Origin: Gammaproteobacteria bacterium
Lineage (GTDB): Bacteria; Pseudomonadota; Gammaproteobacteria; Eutrophobiales; Eutrophobiaceae
Assembly (NCBI GenBank): GCA_965222155.1
Contig: CBDCTH010000012.1
Location: 928,001-992,000, forward strand
DNA: 64,000 bases
Direction of reading: 5' to 3'
Shown in pieces: positions 21,033-30,600 of this stretch. The position numbers and the translations under genes are program-made. The number at the start of each line of letters is the position of its first letter. Within the stretch, counting starts at the first letter, position 1. Under the pieces are notes generated by a model. It saw nothing but the letters and a program-made list of their open reading frames with translations, had not been told where the DNA came from and ran no database searches.

Positions 21033-21305
21033 CCCCTGTATGCTGTTGAGCAGGGGCAGGAATCCATCTTGTCGTCATTCTGGTGAATGCCAGAATCCAG
21101 TAGATAACTTATTCCTTATTATAAGGATAATTTAATAACTGGATTCCGGCATTCGCCGGAATGACGGTAACTCTGGATTTCCATCCTTAGGTCCGTAAAC
21201 AGCACATCCATGTGCCACTACTCCATCCTTAGGTCCGTAAACGGCACATCCCCCTGCTTACAGCATGCAGGGGCAGGCTATGTGCTACTACTCTGCCTGC
21301 GCAGG
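21033..21305. repeat. REP-like inverted pair, a ~30 bp direct repeat at 42-bp spacing and CCCCTGC...GCAGGGG mini-elements
   Basis: GTCATTC...GAATCCAG / CTGGATTCCGGCATTCGCCGGAATGAC; TCCATCCTTAGGTCCGTAAAC.GCACATCC at ~21180 and ~21222. Confidence 0.65.
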
Positions 21306-21402
21306 AATGGTACGAAAAGCAGCTTTTCGTTTGCCCCCGATTTGTTAATATATAATTACTAATCAGTTTTAATTTTCCAGCGTAGCGGAGGAGACAGGCG
21401 AG

Positions 21403-23658
21403 ATGGTCAGTCACAACTGTTATCTTTCAATATTATCGGCCGTACTCGTGGTTCTGAACGGCGCGTTCACCATGCCGGCTGCGGACGCACAGGAATCCCA
21501 GCAACATAGCGATATGCTCCCCATGCTGGAAGAGGTGGTGGTGACCGCGCGCAAGCGGGAGGAAACGGTGTTCGATGTGCCGCTTTCGGTCAGCGCGCTG
21601 GGGGCCAGCCAGATCGAGGCACGAAAAATACGCGGGCTGACCGACCTGGCCGTAAGCATGCCCAACGTGGCCCTGGATGAGGTGGGCACCGCCAGGGGAA
21701 TAGCCAACTTTTCCATACGCGGCCTTGGAGTCAACAGTTCCATCCCGTCCATCGACCCCACCGTCGGCGTATTTGTGGACGGCGTTTACCTGGGGACGAA
21801 CAGCGGTGCCGCTTTCGACCTGTTTGACCTGGAAAGCATCCAGGTCCTGCGCGGCCCCCAGGGCATCCTGTTCGGGCGTAACGTGACCGGCGGTGCCATC
21901 CTGGTGAATACCAGGAAACCCGGAGACGAGTTCAAGGCCCGCATGCGCACCGCGCTGGACGGTGGCGGCGACGGCGGTCTGAACAAGTACCTGATGGGCA
22001 GTATTGGAGGACCTGTCAGTGGCACAGTCAGTGCCGGTATCACTGCTTACTATAACGATGATGACGGCTGGTTCGAGAATAAATTTTCCGGTGATGACTT
22101 CGGCGCACTGGAACAGATCATGATTCGCCCCGTAGTGGTCTGGAAACCCGGTGAAAATCTGGAACTGGTTGTGCGCTATCAATACCTCGAAAACGAAGGT
22201 GACGGTTCCGCTTCGCAGGCACATACCAATGGCCTCGGGATAAACGGGACACCGGCAAACTTTGACCGTGACAGTCATGACTTTTCCATCAATGAGGAAG
22301 GCATGCAGAATGAGAAAACCCATTTTGTTACTGCAGAGATGCGCTTGAAAATAGGCGAAAATGGCGTCATAACCAACATTTTCGGCTATCGAAACAGCGA
22401 ATCGGCGTTTCTGAGCGATATCGATGCCCAACCCGTCAGCCTGTTCTACGGAGGCGGGTACACGGAAGCCGAGCAGGTGAGCAACGAACTGCGCTATCAC
22501 GGGGTATTCGCCGGGCGCTTCAACCTGACCACGGGGATTTACTATTTCAACAACGACATTGATTACCATGAGCGGCGCGACCTGCTGGGGCTGTTGACCC
22601 CGGACGGTTCACCGGCGCTGACCCAGGATGGCGGCGGCGAATACGAGGTGGAAACTATCGGGGTGTTCGCGGCCGTGGACTATGACCTCAGCGAGTCCAT
22701 AACGCTCAGCGCCGGATTGCGCTACACATCGGAACAGAAAGAGGCCGGCATAGCTTCCCTGATCAGGAACATAAACTCACCCTGTAACGTGCTGGACGGT
22801 ACCTGCCAATTCGATTTCACTGACAGTGAAGATTGGAACAACTGGTCGCCCAAGGTGGGTATGACTTACCACTTCTCAGATACGGCGCGCCTCTACGCGC
22901 ACTGGACTCGAGGCTTCCGGTCCGGGGGCTACAACCTGCGTAACACTGCCCTGGATACCGTTAACCTCGGACCGGGGCCGTTTGACGAGGAAACCGTTGA
23001 CAACTATGAAATCGGCTTCAAGCTCAGTTTCGGGCAAGGCTACCTGAACGGCGCGCTGTTTTTCAACGATATCGAAGACATGCAGCGGGAAGTCAACCTG
23101 GCCGATCCCATCTCCGGTGTGGTACAGGTCATCAAGAATACCGCGGACGCTGAGATTCTCGGCATTGAACTGGACGGCGCCTTCAGCCTATCGGAGGCTC
23201 TCCAGGCTACCGCTTCAGCAGGCTGGCTGGATGCTGAGTACAGGAAAGTAAGATTCGATCTCAACAGCGACGGTGTGATTGACGGCCGGGACAAGGACCT
23301 GGGCCTGCCCCGCGCCGCGGAGTGGACCTGGAGCCTGGGCCTCAGGCACCATCTGCGGGTCGGCGACTGGGGTAGTATCGCCTCACGGGTCAGTTACTCC
23401 TACCGGGATGAATCGAGCTTCACCGATAATAACCTGGGCTATCTCCTGTCACAGAAGATCCTCGATGCTGGCCTGGACTTTCACTCCGGAGACGAACGCT
23501 GGGTGTTTTCAGTCTACGGCAAGAACCTGCTGAATGAAGTCAAGCACGGTGGCGATACCCCGCTTCCATCCAGGCTCGGCCCCATCCCCTTGGGGGGCGC
23601 CTACGCACCCCTGGCCAAGGGCCGTGTTGTAGGGGGCGAGGTGACGTATACGTTCTGA
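21403..23658 (+). CDS. TonB-dependent outer-membrane receptor
   Basis: Signal peptide, LEEVVVTARKREE, IQVLRGPQG.LFGRN..GGAI, GFRSGGYN, terminal YTF. Confidence 0.95.
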   Translation: MVSHNCYLSILSAVLVVLNGAFTMPAADAQESQQHSDMLPMLEEVVVTARKREETVFDVPLSVSALGASQIEARKIRGLTDLAVSMPNVALDEVGTARGIANFSIRGLGVNSSIPSIDPTVGVFVDGVYLGTNSGAAFDLFDLESIQVLRGPQGILFGRNVTGGAILVNTRKPGDEFKARMRTALDGGGDGGLNKYLMGSIGGPVSGTVSAGITAYYNDDDGWFENKFSGDDFGALEQIMIRPVVVWKPGENLELVVRYQYLENEGDGSASQAHTNGLGINGTPANFDRDSHDFSINEEGMQNEKTHFVTAEMRLKIGENGVITNIFGYRNSESAFLSDIDAQPVSLFYGGGYTEAEQVSNELRYHGVFAGRFNLTTGIYYFNNDIDYHERRDLLGLLTPDGSPALTQDGGGEYEVETIGVFAAVDYDLSESITLSAGLRYTSEQKEAGIASLIRNINSPCNVLDGTCQFDFTDSEDWNNWSPKVGMTYHFSDTARLYAHWTRGFRSGGYNLRNTALDTVNLGPGPFDEETVDNYEIGFKLSFGQGYLNGALFFNDIEDMQREVNLADPISGVVQVIKNTADAEILGIELDGAFSLSEALQATASAGWLDAEYRKVRFDLNSDGVIDGRDKDLGLPRAAEWTWSLGLRHHLRVGDWGSIASRVSYSYRDESSFTDNNLGYLLSQKILDAGLDFHSGDERWVFSVYGKNLLNEVKHGGDTPLPSRLGPIPLGGAYAPLAKGRVVGGEVTYTF

Positions 23659-23739
23659 CACCTGAAGTCCAGTTGGGGACAGATTTTAAATCTGTCCCCA
23701 TTTATAAGCGTATTTCCAATCGGTCAGTCTGTGTAATTC

Positions 23740-23776
23740 CCTTGAAAATCCGTAGTTCAAGTACGGATTTTCAAGG
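23740..23776. repeat. 15-bp-stem hairpin CCTTGAAAATCCGTA-N7-TACGGATTTTCAAGG (second copy at 34236-34272)
   Basis: Perfect inverted repeat with an identical stem in both copies. Confidence 0.8.
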
Positions 23777-23800
23777 TAAAAGAGAATATATTCATCCTCT

Positions 23801-23840
23801 ATTGACAGCAATGCTTTCGTATGACAGCATTGCTGTCAAT
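23801..23840 (+). promoter_or_regulatory. Probable autoregulatory operator/promoter of the fitAB-like operon
   Basis: Perfect 15-bp inverted repeat ATTGACAGCAATGCT / AGCATTGCTGTCAAT containing TTGACA, just upstream of an RHH antitoxin gene. Confidence 0.6.
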
Positions 23841-23867
23841 ATATTTTTTCTGTTTCAGGAGTAAAAT

Positions 23868-24104
23868 ATGGCTAGTCTGAGCGTGAGAAAACTTGATGAT
23901 GATACGCTAAAGCAATTGCGGATTCGCGCCGCACAGCATGGCGTCTCAATGGAAGAGGAAGTCCGGCAAATTATAAAACTGGCAGTGTCAACACCGGAAC
24001 GGCTTGGCGACTTGGCTGTCCGACTTTTTGCCCCGGCTTATGATGGAACGGAGCTTGAATTACCGGAGCGAGAAATAACTGAACCAATGGAATTTCCCGA
24101 GTGA
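23868..24104 (+). CDS. FitA/Arc-like ribbon-helix-helix antitoxin
   Basis: MASLSVRKLDD...LRIRAAQHGVSMEEEVRQII. Confidence 0.88.
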   Translation: MASLSVRKLDDDTLKQLRIRAAQHGVSMEEEVRQIIKLAVSTPERLGDLAVRLFAPAYDGTELELPEREITEPMEFPE

Positions 24105-24538
24105 TTGTCCTGGATACCAATGTCCTCGCGGAATTTATGACCTCTCCCCCTGCCGATGCCGTGGTGGATTGGTTGAATGCCCAGGATTCTATATCGCTTT
24201 ACATAACATCAATTTCCATCGCGGAAATTTGTTACGGATTACAAGCTATGCCGGAGGGTAAACGCCGACTTCTGCTTGAAGATAGATTCGAACAATTCAT
24301 AGCAATGGCATTTGCATCCCGGATATTAAATTTTGATGAAGCTTGCGCCAGGGTTTATGGCGAAATACGGGCTTACCGAAAGAAAATTGGTCGGCCACTG
24401 AGTGATTTTGACGGCCAAATCGTAGCGATTGCCCGCACTCATGGGTTCTCCCTTGCCACTCGTAACGTAAAGGACTTTGAACATTGTCTGGTTGAACTCA
24501 TCGACCCGTTTACTTTTGACAGAGCAAGAGCGGAATAA
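24101..24538 (+). CDS. vapC: VapC/FitB PIN-domain toxin
   Basis: IVLDTNVL, IAEI, DGQI.AIA, LATRNVKDF; 4-nt overlap with the antitoxin gene. Confidence 0.92.
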   Translation: MIVLDTNVLAEFMTSPPADAVVDWLNAQDSISLYITSISIAEICYGLQAMPEGKRRLLLEDRFEQFIAMAFASRILNFDEACARVYGEIRAYRKKIGRPLSDFDGQIVAIARTHGFSLATRNVKDFEHCLVELIDPFTFDRARAE

Positions 24539-24644
24539 TAATGGGGAACCTCTATTTATTCACAAATTGATATATTAGCGGTCAATGATTTCAATAAGTT
24601 AGCGACCCTGTGTATCGAAAAATGTCAATTATTAGAGGTTCCCA

Positions 24645-26840
24645 ATGGATTTACCTTCGAGTGATTTCACCAATAAAACTTCTACGGGGATCAAAGGTGA
24701 TAACCCCATCCGAAATTCGCAAGAAGATGTTTTAGGAAGAGTTGACGTTGCCAAATCTTTTGCCCAGCACGTTCTGGCGCTTGATGCGAGTGAGGGTGCC
24801 GTGGTCGGCGTCCTCGGTCCTTGGGGGTCTGGAAAGACTTCATTTATTAATCTTGCCCGGATCGAGTTCATGCAAAAAGGAATTCACGTACTCGATTTCA
24901 ACCCGTGGATGTTCAGCGGTGCTGAGTATCTTGTCGAACGATTTTTTACCGATCTTACCAGCCAACTCAAGATTCGTCCTGGTCTTGTCGAGGTGGGCAA
25001 AGCTTTAGAGGACTATAGTGAAATATTCTTCAAAGTCATCCCATGGGCCAAACTCATCGGCAAGTTCCTTCAGGGTGAAAAAGGAGGACTTATCGGACGT
25101 CGGGACAAGGTCAGCTCAGCTCTTTATACACTTAACAAGCCGATTGTAATAGTGCTCGATGATGTCGATAGACTATCGGCTTCTGAAATTCGAGATGTAT
25201 TCAAACTGGTACGATTGACGGGCAGCTTTCCCAATATCGTTTATATCGTTGCCTGTGATCGATTCCGTGTTGAACAGGCACTTGAAGAACAGGGATCATC
25301 TGGACGCGACTACCTGGAGAAAATTCTTCAACTTCCGTTTGATCTACCTGAAGTTCCGAACCATATTCTTCAGGAACAAATTGGGATTTCGATCAATGGC
25401 ATCCTCACCGGCATTGAAGATGCTAATCCGTTAGACGCACAAGTCTGGCCTGATATTTTCATGGAGATCGTCCAGCCTCTTATACGGAATATGAGGGACG
25501 TTCGCCGCTATGTTGCCACTCTCCGAGGAACCATAATCGGTCTCAATGGTAGGGTCGCTCTCGCTGATATGTTTGGTCTCGAGGCTGTTCGGATATTCCT
25601 GCCGGATGTCTTCAAACTTATACCTGGCGTAATAGACAGTCTCACTGTCCCTTCCACTTCACGAAACGCTGGAAGACGTCCTGAGAACGAGTTCGAGGAA
25701 ATGGTCCCACCAGAACGTAAAACGTGGCGGCAGGAGCCGGTCAAAAGATTGATCGATGCCGCGAAGACACACGAAGGAGTAGTTCGATCTGTACTAATCC
25801 ATCTCTTTCCGGTTGGTATGAAATATATAAACGGCGACGTGCCTGATCAAGGGAATCAATGGCAGGATAAGTTGCTCATTGACCGTCGCGTCGCTCATGA
25901 GGACATCTTGCGACTTTATATGGAGCGTGTAACTGGTGGTGATTTACCAGCCTACTACGATGCGGAAGGAGCATTCGCTTTGATGAACGACCGCAATGCC
26001 CTGGATCAATTCATACGTTCACTCGAACCGAGACTATGGCCTGATCTTATTATTCATCTGTCAAGATTCGAGTTCCACCGGGAACACGTAGAGCCGGGGA
26101 TTTTTGTACTGTTTAATCTTTTTCCGGAGTGGCCTGATTATTCGCGGCCTTTGTATCCTGCACGAATAACCAAGAGAAATATTACACATGACTCGGCCCA
26201 AGCCATATCGAACTACCAGGCTGACAGTTATGCACGAAAGGCCGTTAAAATAGTTGCCTCTCGCCTTCTAAAAGTGTTAGAGAATCCTGCCGAATTAAAA
26301 GCTGTCTTACGTCGCGTCCTGTCCAATCTTAAGTCACTTTATTCCAAGACGGAGTTGGTTCGTCTGCTCGGGAAGCAGAAAAACGATGACAGACTTGTGC
26401 CTGTGGCAGAGGTCGCCGAGTTTGAAGAGATGTTACTCAGGGACGTACAGTCCATGTCCGCTGATGATCTTGCCCGGGACCGCAACTTGGCGTGGGACCT
26501 GAACTTTATCATGGTGGTTACAAAACGATTGAACATGCCGTTTGATATTGACAAGATTGATTGTTCACATGAAGTGAATTTGGCCATTCTTCGATCTGCG
26601 ATTTTAACAGTATCGTCATCGGATGATCCGGATATCCGCCTGGGGCTGAGATGGGATCTCCTGACCAGTATTTATGGCGACGAAACTACACTGATGGCCC
26701 GAATCAAAAGTTTACAACAATGGGTCGAAACACAGCAGGCGCCTCCTAGTGACGCCCAAAATGTGCTTGAGATCGCTAGCCTATATCCGGACAGATCATG
26801 TCTGCAACGGATGCCTGATTCAAGTTCCACAACACCTTGA
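24645..26840 (+). CDS. KAP-family P-loop NTPase
   Basis: GPWGSGKTS, FNPWMFS, IVLDDVDRL, YLEKILQLPF.LP, NMRDVRR. Confidence 0.9.
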   Translation: MDLPSSDFTNKTSTGIKGDNPIRNSQEDVLGRVDVAKSFAQHVLALDASEGAVVGVLGPWGSGKTSFINLARIEFMQKGIHVLDFNPWMFSGAEYLVERFFTDLTSQLKIRPGLVEVGKALEDYSEIFFKVIPWAKLIGKFLQGEKGGLIGRRDKVSSALYTLNKPIVIVLDDVDRLSASEIRDVFKLVRLTGSFPNIVYIVACDRFRVEQALEEQGSSGRDYLEKILQLPFDLPEVPNHILQEQIGISINGILTGIEDANPLDAQVWPDIFMEIVQPLIRNMRDVRRYVATLRGTIIGLNGRVALADMFGLEAVRIFLPDVFKLIPGVIDSLTVPSTSRNAGRRPENEFEEMVPPERKTWRQEPVKRLIDAAKTHEGVVRSVLIHLFPVGMKYINGDVPDQGNQWQDKLLIDRRVAHEDILRLYMERVTGGDLPAYYDAEGAFALMNDRNALDQFIRSLEPRLWPDLIIHLSRFEFHREHVEPGIFVLFNLFPEWPDYSRPLYPARITKRNITHDSAQAISNYQADSYARKAVKIVASRLLKVLENPAELKAVLRRVLSNLKSLYSKTELVRLLGKQKNDDRLVPVAEVAEFEEMLLRDVQSMSADDLARDRNLAWDLNFIMVVTKRLNMPFDIDKIDCSHEVNLAILRSAILTVSSSDDPDIRLGLRWDLLTSIYGDETTLMARIKSLQQWVETQQAPPSDAQNVLEIASLYPDRSCLQRMPDSSSTTP

Positions 26841-26887
26841 ATTGAACAAATCGTTGCAGATAAAGGGTGTATCGTTCCAGGAGACCT

Positions 26888-27472
26888 CCAGAAACGCCGG
26901 AGTGTTTCGGCAGGAATAGTAATACCTAGTTGCGGGATGTCCCGTTCCAGGAAGGTGCGAATAAAATTCTCGCGCCACAGTGCAGACGCGGCATCATCCG
27001 ACGCCAGGAAACTCCTGGGGAAACCGCCTCGCTGCCACAATGTTTGCCATTGCAGAGATGGGATTTCATTCATGTCAAAACCGGATAAGTCTACCAGACC
27101 GATGCGCCCGGCCAGTGTTTCCGATGTTCTTTTGATTAATGAGGGTGAAGCGCAGCCCAGGAGTAAAAAGCGTGTCTCAGAGTCCGGTCGGTACAGTAAG
27201 ACGCGTAGCACCTCGAACAGTTGTGGTAGTTTTTGCACCTCATCAATCACCACCAGGCCGGTAAGCCGGGACAAGGTCTGCTCCGGGGTCTCCAGTCGGC
27301 GCTGGTCTACCGCTTTTTCCAGGTCAAAAAAGCTCACATCGGGTTCTTTGTCAGCGATAATATGGGCTAAAGTGGTCTTACCGCATTGCCGAGGGCCAAG
27401 CAATGCAATCGCTTGATGAACTCGGTAAGCAGCTTGGACTCGCGCGGCGGCAATGGGGCGATCAATCAACAT
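26888..27472 (-). pseudogene. 3'-truncated AAA_14/DUF4143 ATPase
   Basis: GPRQCGKTT, IDEVQK, ETLAGR, RGGFP, TFLERD. Similarity to the full-length paralog (60387-61568) stops at LRRFW; the rest of the ORF runs antisense into the KAP gene. Confidence 0.75.
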
Positions 27473-27602
27473 GAAGGTATATCGAGATAATTTATACAAT
27501 ACAGGACTTAAAGTCCGATATTGTATAATTTTTGCTGTTTCCAGCATTATGATAATTTTTGTTAGAGCGAGGTGAAATCCCACAAGTATTATTTTATAGA
27601 TA

Positions 27603-30600
27603 CTAGGTTTCCCTGTGGTCTAATACCTCATCCACGTAAGAATACCGACGTTGCAAAATGTCGAGAAGCTTTACTACAACCGGAGTCGTAAGTCGACGCA
27701 AGCCGAACACACTAAGTACAGCCCTCAAATGAGCTTCGGAACCGAACTTGAGTTCATCCTCGCGGTCTTTGAGCAATTGACGCGCAACGAGTTGAAGCTC
27801 GCTTGGAGGGATATCGTCAAAACTGCGGGAACCTCCTTCCCGAACGATGACGGGCGGTGCGTCAGGCAACCGAACAACCGAGTAAATTAAGCCATCCTTA
27901 CCCCATTCATCCTCCTTAATTACAAGCCCCTGCCGTAACGCATGTTGTATCGCCTTGTTCATCATGCGTTTCAGTTCACCGCCCATCCTTCGGATACCAC
28001 ATCCGCGTAGATAGATATCGTACGCTCGTTTGGCTAGCATTGGTCCTTCGTCCTGAATAATTCTAAGAAGCCCTTCTGCTACTTGGACAGCGCTCGCATC
28101 CCGTGGATCTGGGCCAGTCGAACCTCTGAACTCGGAGTATGGCGTAAATCCCTCCGCGTTTATATCCGAATATTCGGGCTTTGCATCTCCAGAGTCGCTC
28201 GGTGTCGATTCAATCACATCGGCATCGCTCATCCCTGTCTCGTTATTGATATCTTTATCGGCAATATCGGCATGCTCTTGATTGGCATGCTCTTGACGGC
28301 TCTCCTCTAGGCGTAGACGGAGTGCGTCATCGACTTTCTTGAGCGCCCCTTTCTTATTGGTCCACCAATCCGTCGACCAGATACGAACAATCGTCCAGCC
28401 AAGGTTTTCAAGAACAGACTGACGGATTTTATCGCGCTCGCGTGCAAAGGCGGAGCTATGGTACATCGCACCGTCACACTCGATACCGGCAAGGTAGCGG
28501 CCTGGAGTGTCCGGGTGCACAATTCCCAAGTCGATTCGGTAGGCAGATACCCCGACCTGTGGATGCACTTGCCAGCCTTGCATCTGTAGTTCTCGTGCCA
28601 CGGCTACTTCAAATGGTGACTCAAAATCATCCCTATAGCCTTGAACTATAGACCCTAGTACAGCCTTTCCTCTCTCTGCATACTCAAGAAAATGCTTTAG
28701 GTCAGCGACAGCCCTTGCTTGGCTACGCGACAGGTCGATCTGGTCAGGATGCAGTGCCGAGAAGACGATCATCTCGGTCCTAGCGCGCGTTACGGCAACA
28801 TTGAGGCGCCGTTCGCCACCCTCCCGGTTGAGTGGGCCGAAATTCATTGTCACATGACCGCTTCGGTCGGGCCCGTAGGTGATGCTGAATAAAACCACAT
28901 CGCGTTCATCGCCTTGTACTGTCTCAAGGTTCTTAACAAATACGGGTTCGGCTACATGTTCGCGTGAGAACGCGGGCTCTATTTCGGGATGCTTTCTCCG
29001 AGCATCGTCCAGCAAGTCTTCGATCAGGGTTTGCTGTTCGGAATTGAAGGTGACAATGCCGATAGAGCGGTCCCGAACCTCGGGGTCCTGGTGGGTCAAG
29101 CGTCGAATAGCCTCGTCCACGATCGCCTTTGCTTCTCCCTGATTGTGACGAGCACCGCCACGAGCGTAGAAAGAATCGGGGCGCACGAGACTGACTGCGC
29201 GATCTACTACTTCGGGAGCCGGAAAAGTAATCAATTCATTGCCGTAATAGCGATCGTTAGAAAAAGCGATCAAGCTCTCATAGTGCGAGCGATAGTGCAG
29301 ATTTAACGTTGTGGAAGGAATGCTGGCACCAAGCATCTCATCCAAGATGCTCTCCAGATCTCCCTCCACATCAATGTCGCCATCGGGGTCATCCTCGGTA
29401 CGCGTAAAGAAGTTGGATGGCGGCATCTGCTTGGGGTCTCCAGCAACGATGACTTGTCTCCCTCGCGCAATTGAACCCACCGCGTCCCAAACCGTAATCT
29501 GTGATGCCTCATCGAAAATAACGACATCGAACAGCGCCTGATTAGCGGGCAAGTATTGTGCTACCGAAAGTGGGGACATCATGAAACACGGGGTTAATGA
29601 CGTCAGAACGTCAGGCGCTTCCTCAAGCAGCTTCCGAACCGGCTTGTGTCGCCTTGTCTTCTGTAGCTCACGTCGCAATACACCCCAGCCAGATGATTTT
29701 GTGACGTTTTCCTGATCCGGTAGCACCCCCGACAGTGTTGCCTCGATATATCTGGCAGTGAGTATCTGAAAGTCATCATCAATTCGGCGGAATTTATCTA
29801 TTGCCGCTTCGTGTTCTGGTGCGGAAAAGGAGCGCAATATCTCATCTTCTTCAATAACGGCTGTAGACCACCAAGAACAGTACGCGGCCTCAAAAGTCTT
29901 CTTTATCTCATCTGGTGTAACCCGCCCCTCCTCTACGGCTTGGACAAGCGGTAGGAGACCGGCATCGATCGCTTCAGACCGGCGTCCTCGCCAGGCACAC
30001 CAGGAGTTGAGTTCGCTGTGACGGGTCTGGATGGTGTTGGCTATCTGTTGTACCTCTGGCAAAGCGTTCTCCGTAGAGGCAAATACTTTTCTTACCGAAC
30101 CACCAGCTACGGCTTCAAACTCGCTGATTGCTTGTTGCATCTGTTCAAGTGAGTTCAGAAAAACCGTCGCTAGCCTGCCTACACTACTCTCGGCAGCAAG
30201 TAGATCATTACCGTCATGGAGTAATGTCCGTATTTTACCGCGCACATCTACCAGTGTTTGAGGATCATTAGCTAATTTACCAACAACGGCACGAGCACGT
30301 TCACCAAGCTGACGCAGAGTATCTAACGCAGCTGGTTCGGTTGTATGCCTGGACCATTCCTTGAAGTCGGATAACAGTTGATCCAAACGGTCTATCGCCT
30401 CACCCCCTTGGCGCAGGTTTGCTAGTAGCGGTGCATCGGTCGTCGGATCAGGTTTTTCCTGGGCACCATTTGTACGCATCTCCTTTATGATACGGCGCTT
30501 TGCAAAAAAGCGTTTCAACCACCACTTTGAGTTAGCATCCTTCCAGCGTCGCCCCAGGTCTTCGCCATCAAGTATTCGCCAAGCGAATGGTTTATAAATG

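Noticed and set aside
26672-26887. C-terminal extension of the 303-aa ORF
   Set aside because: Read-through past the truncation point, mostly antisense to the KAP gene; no family similarity.
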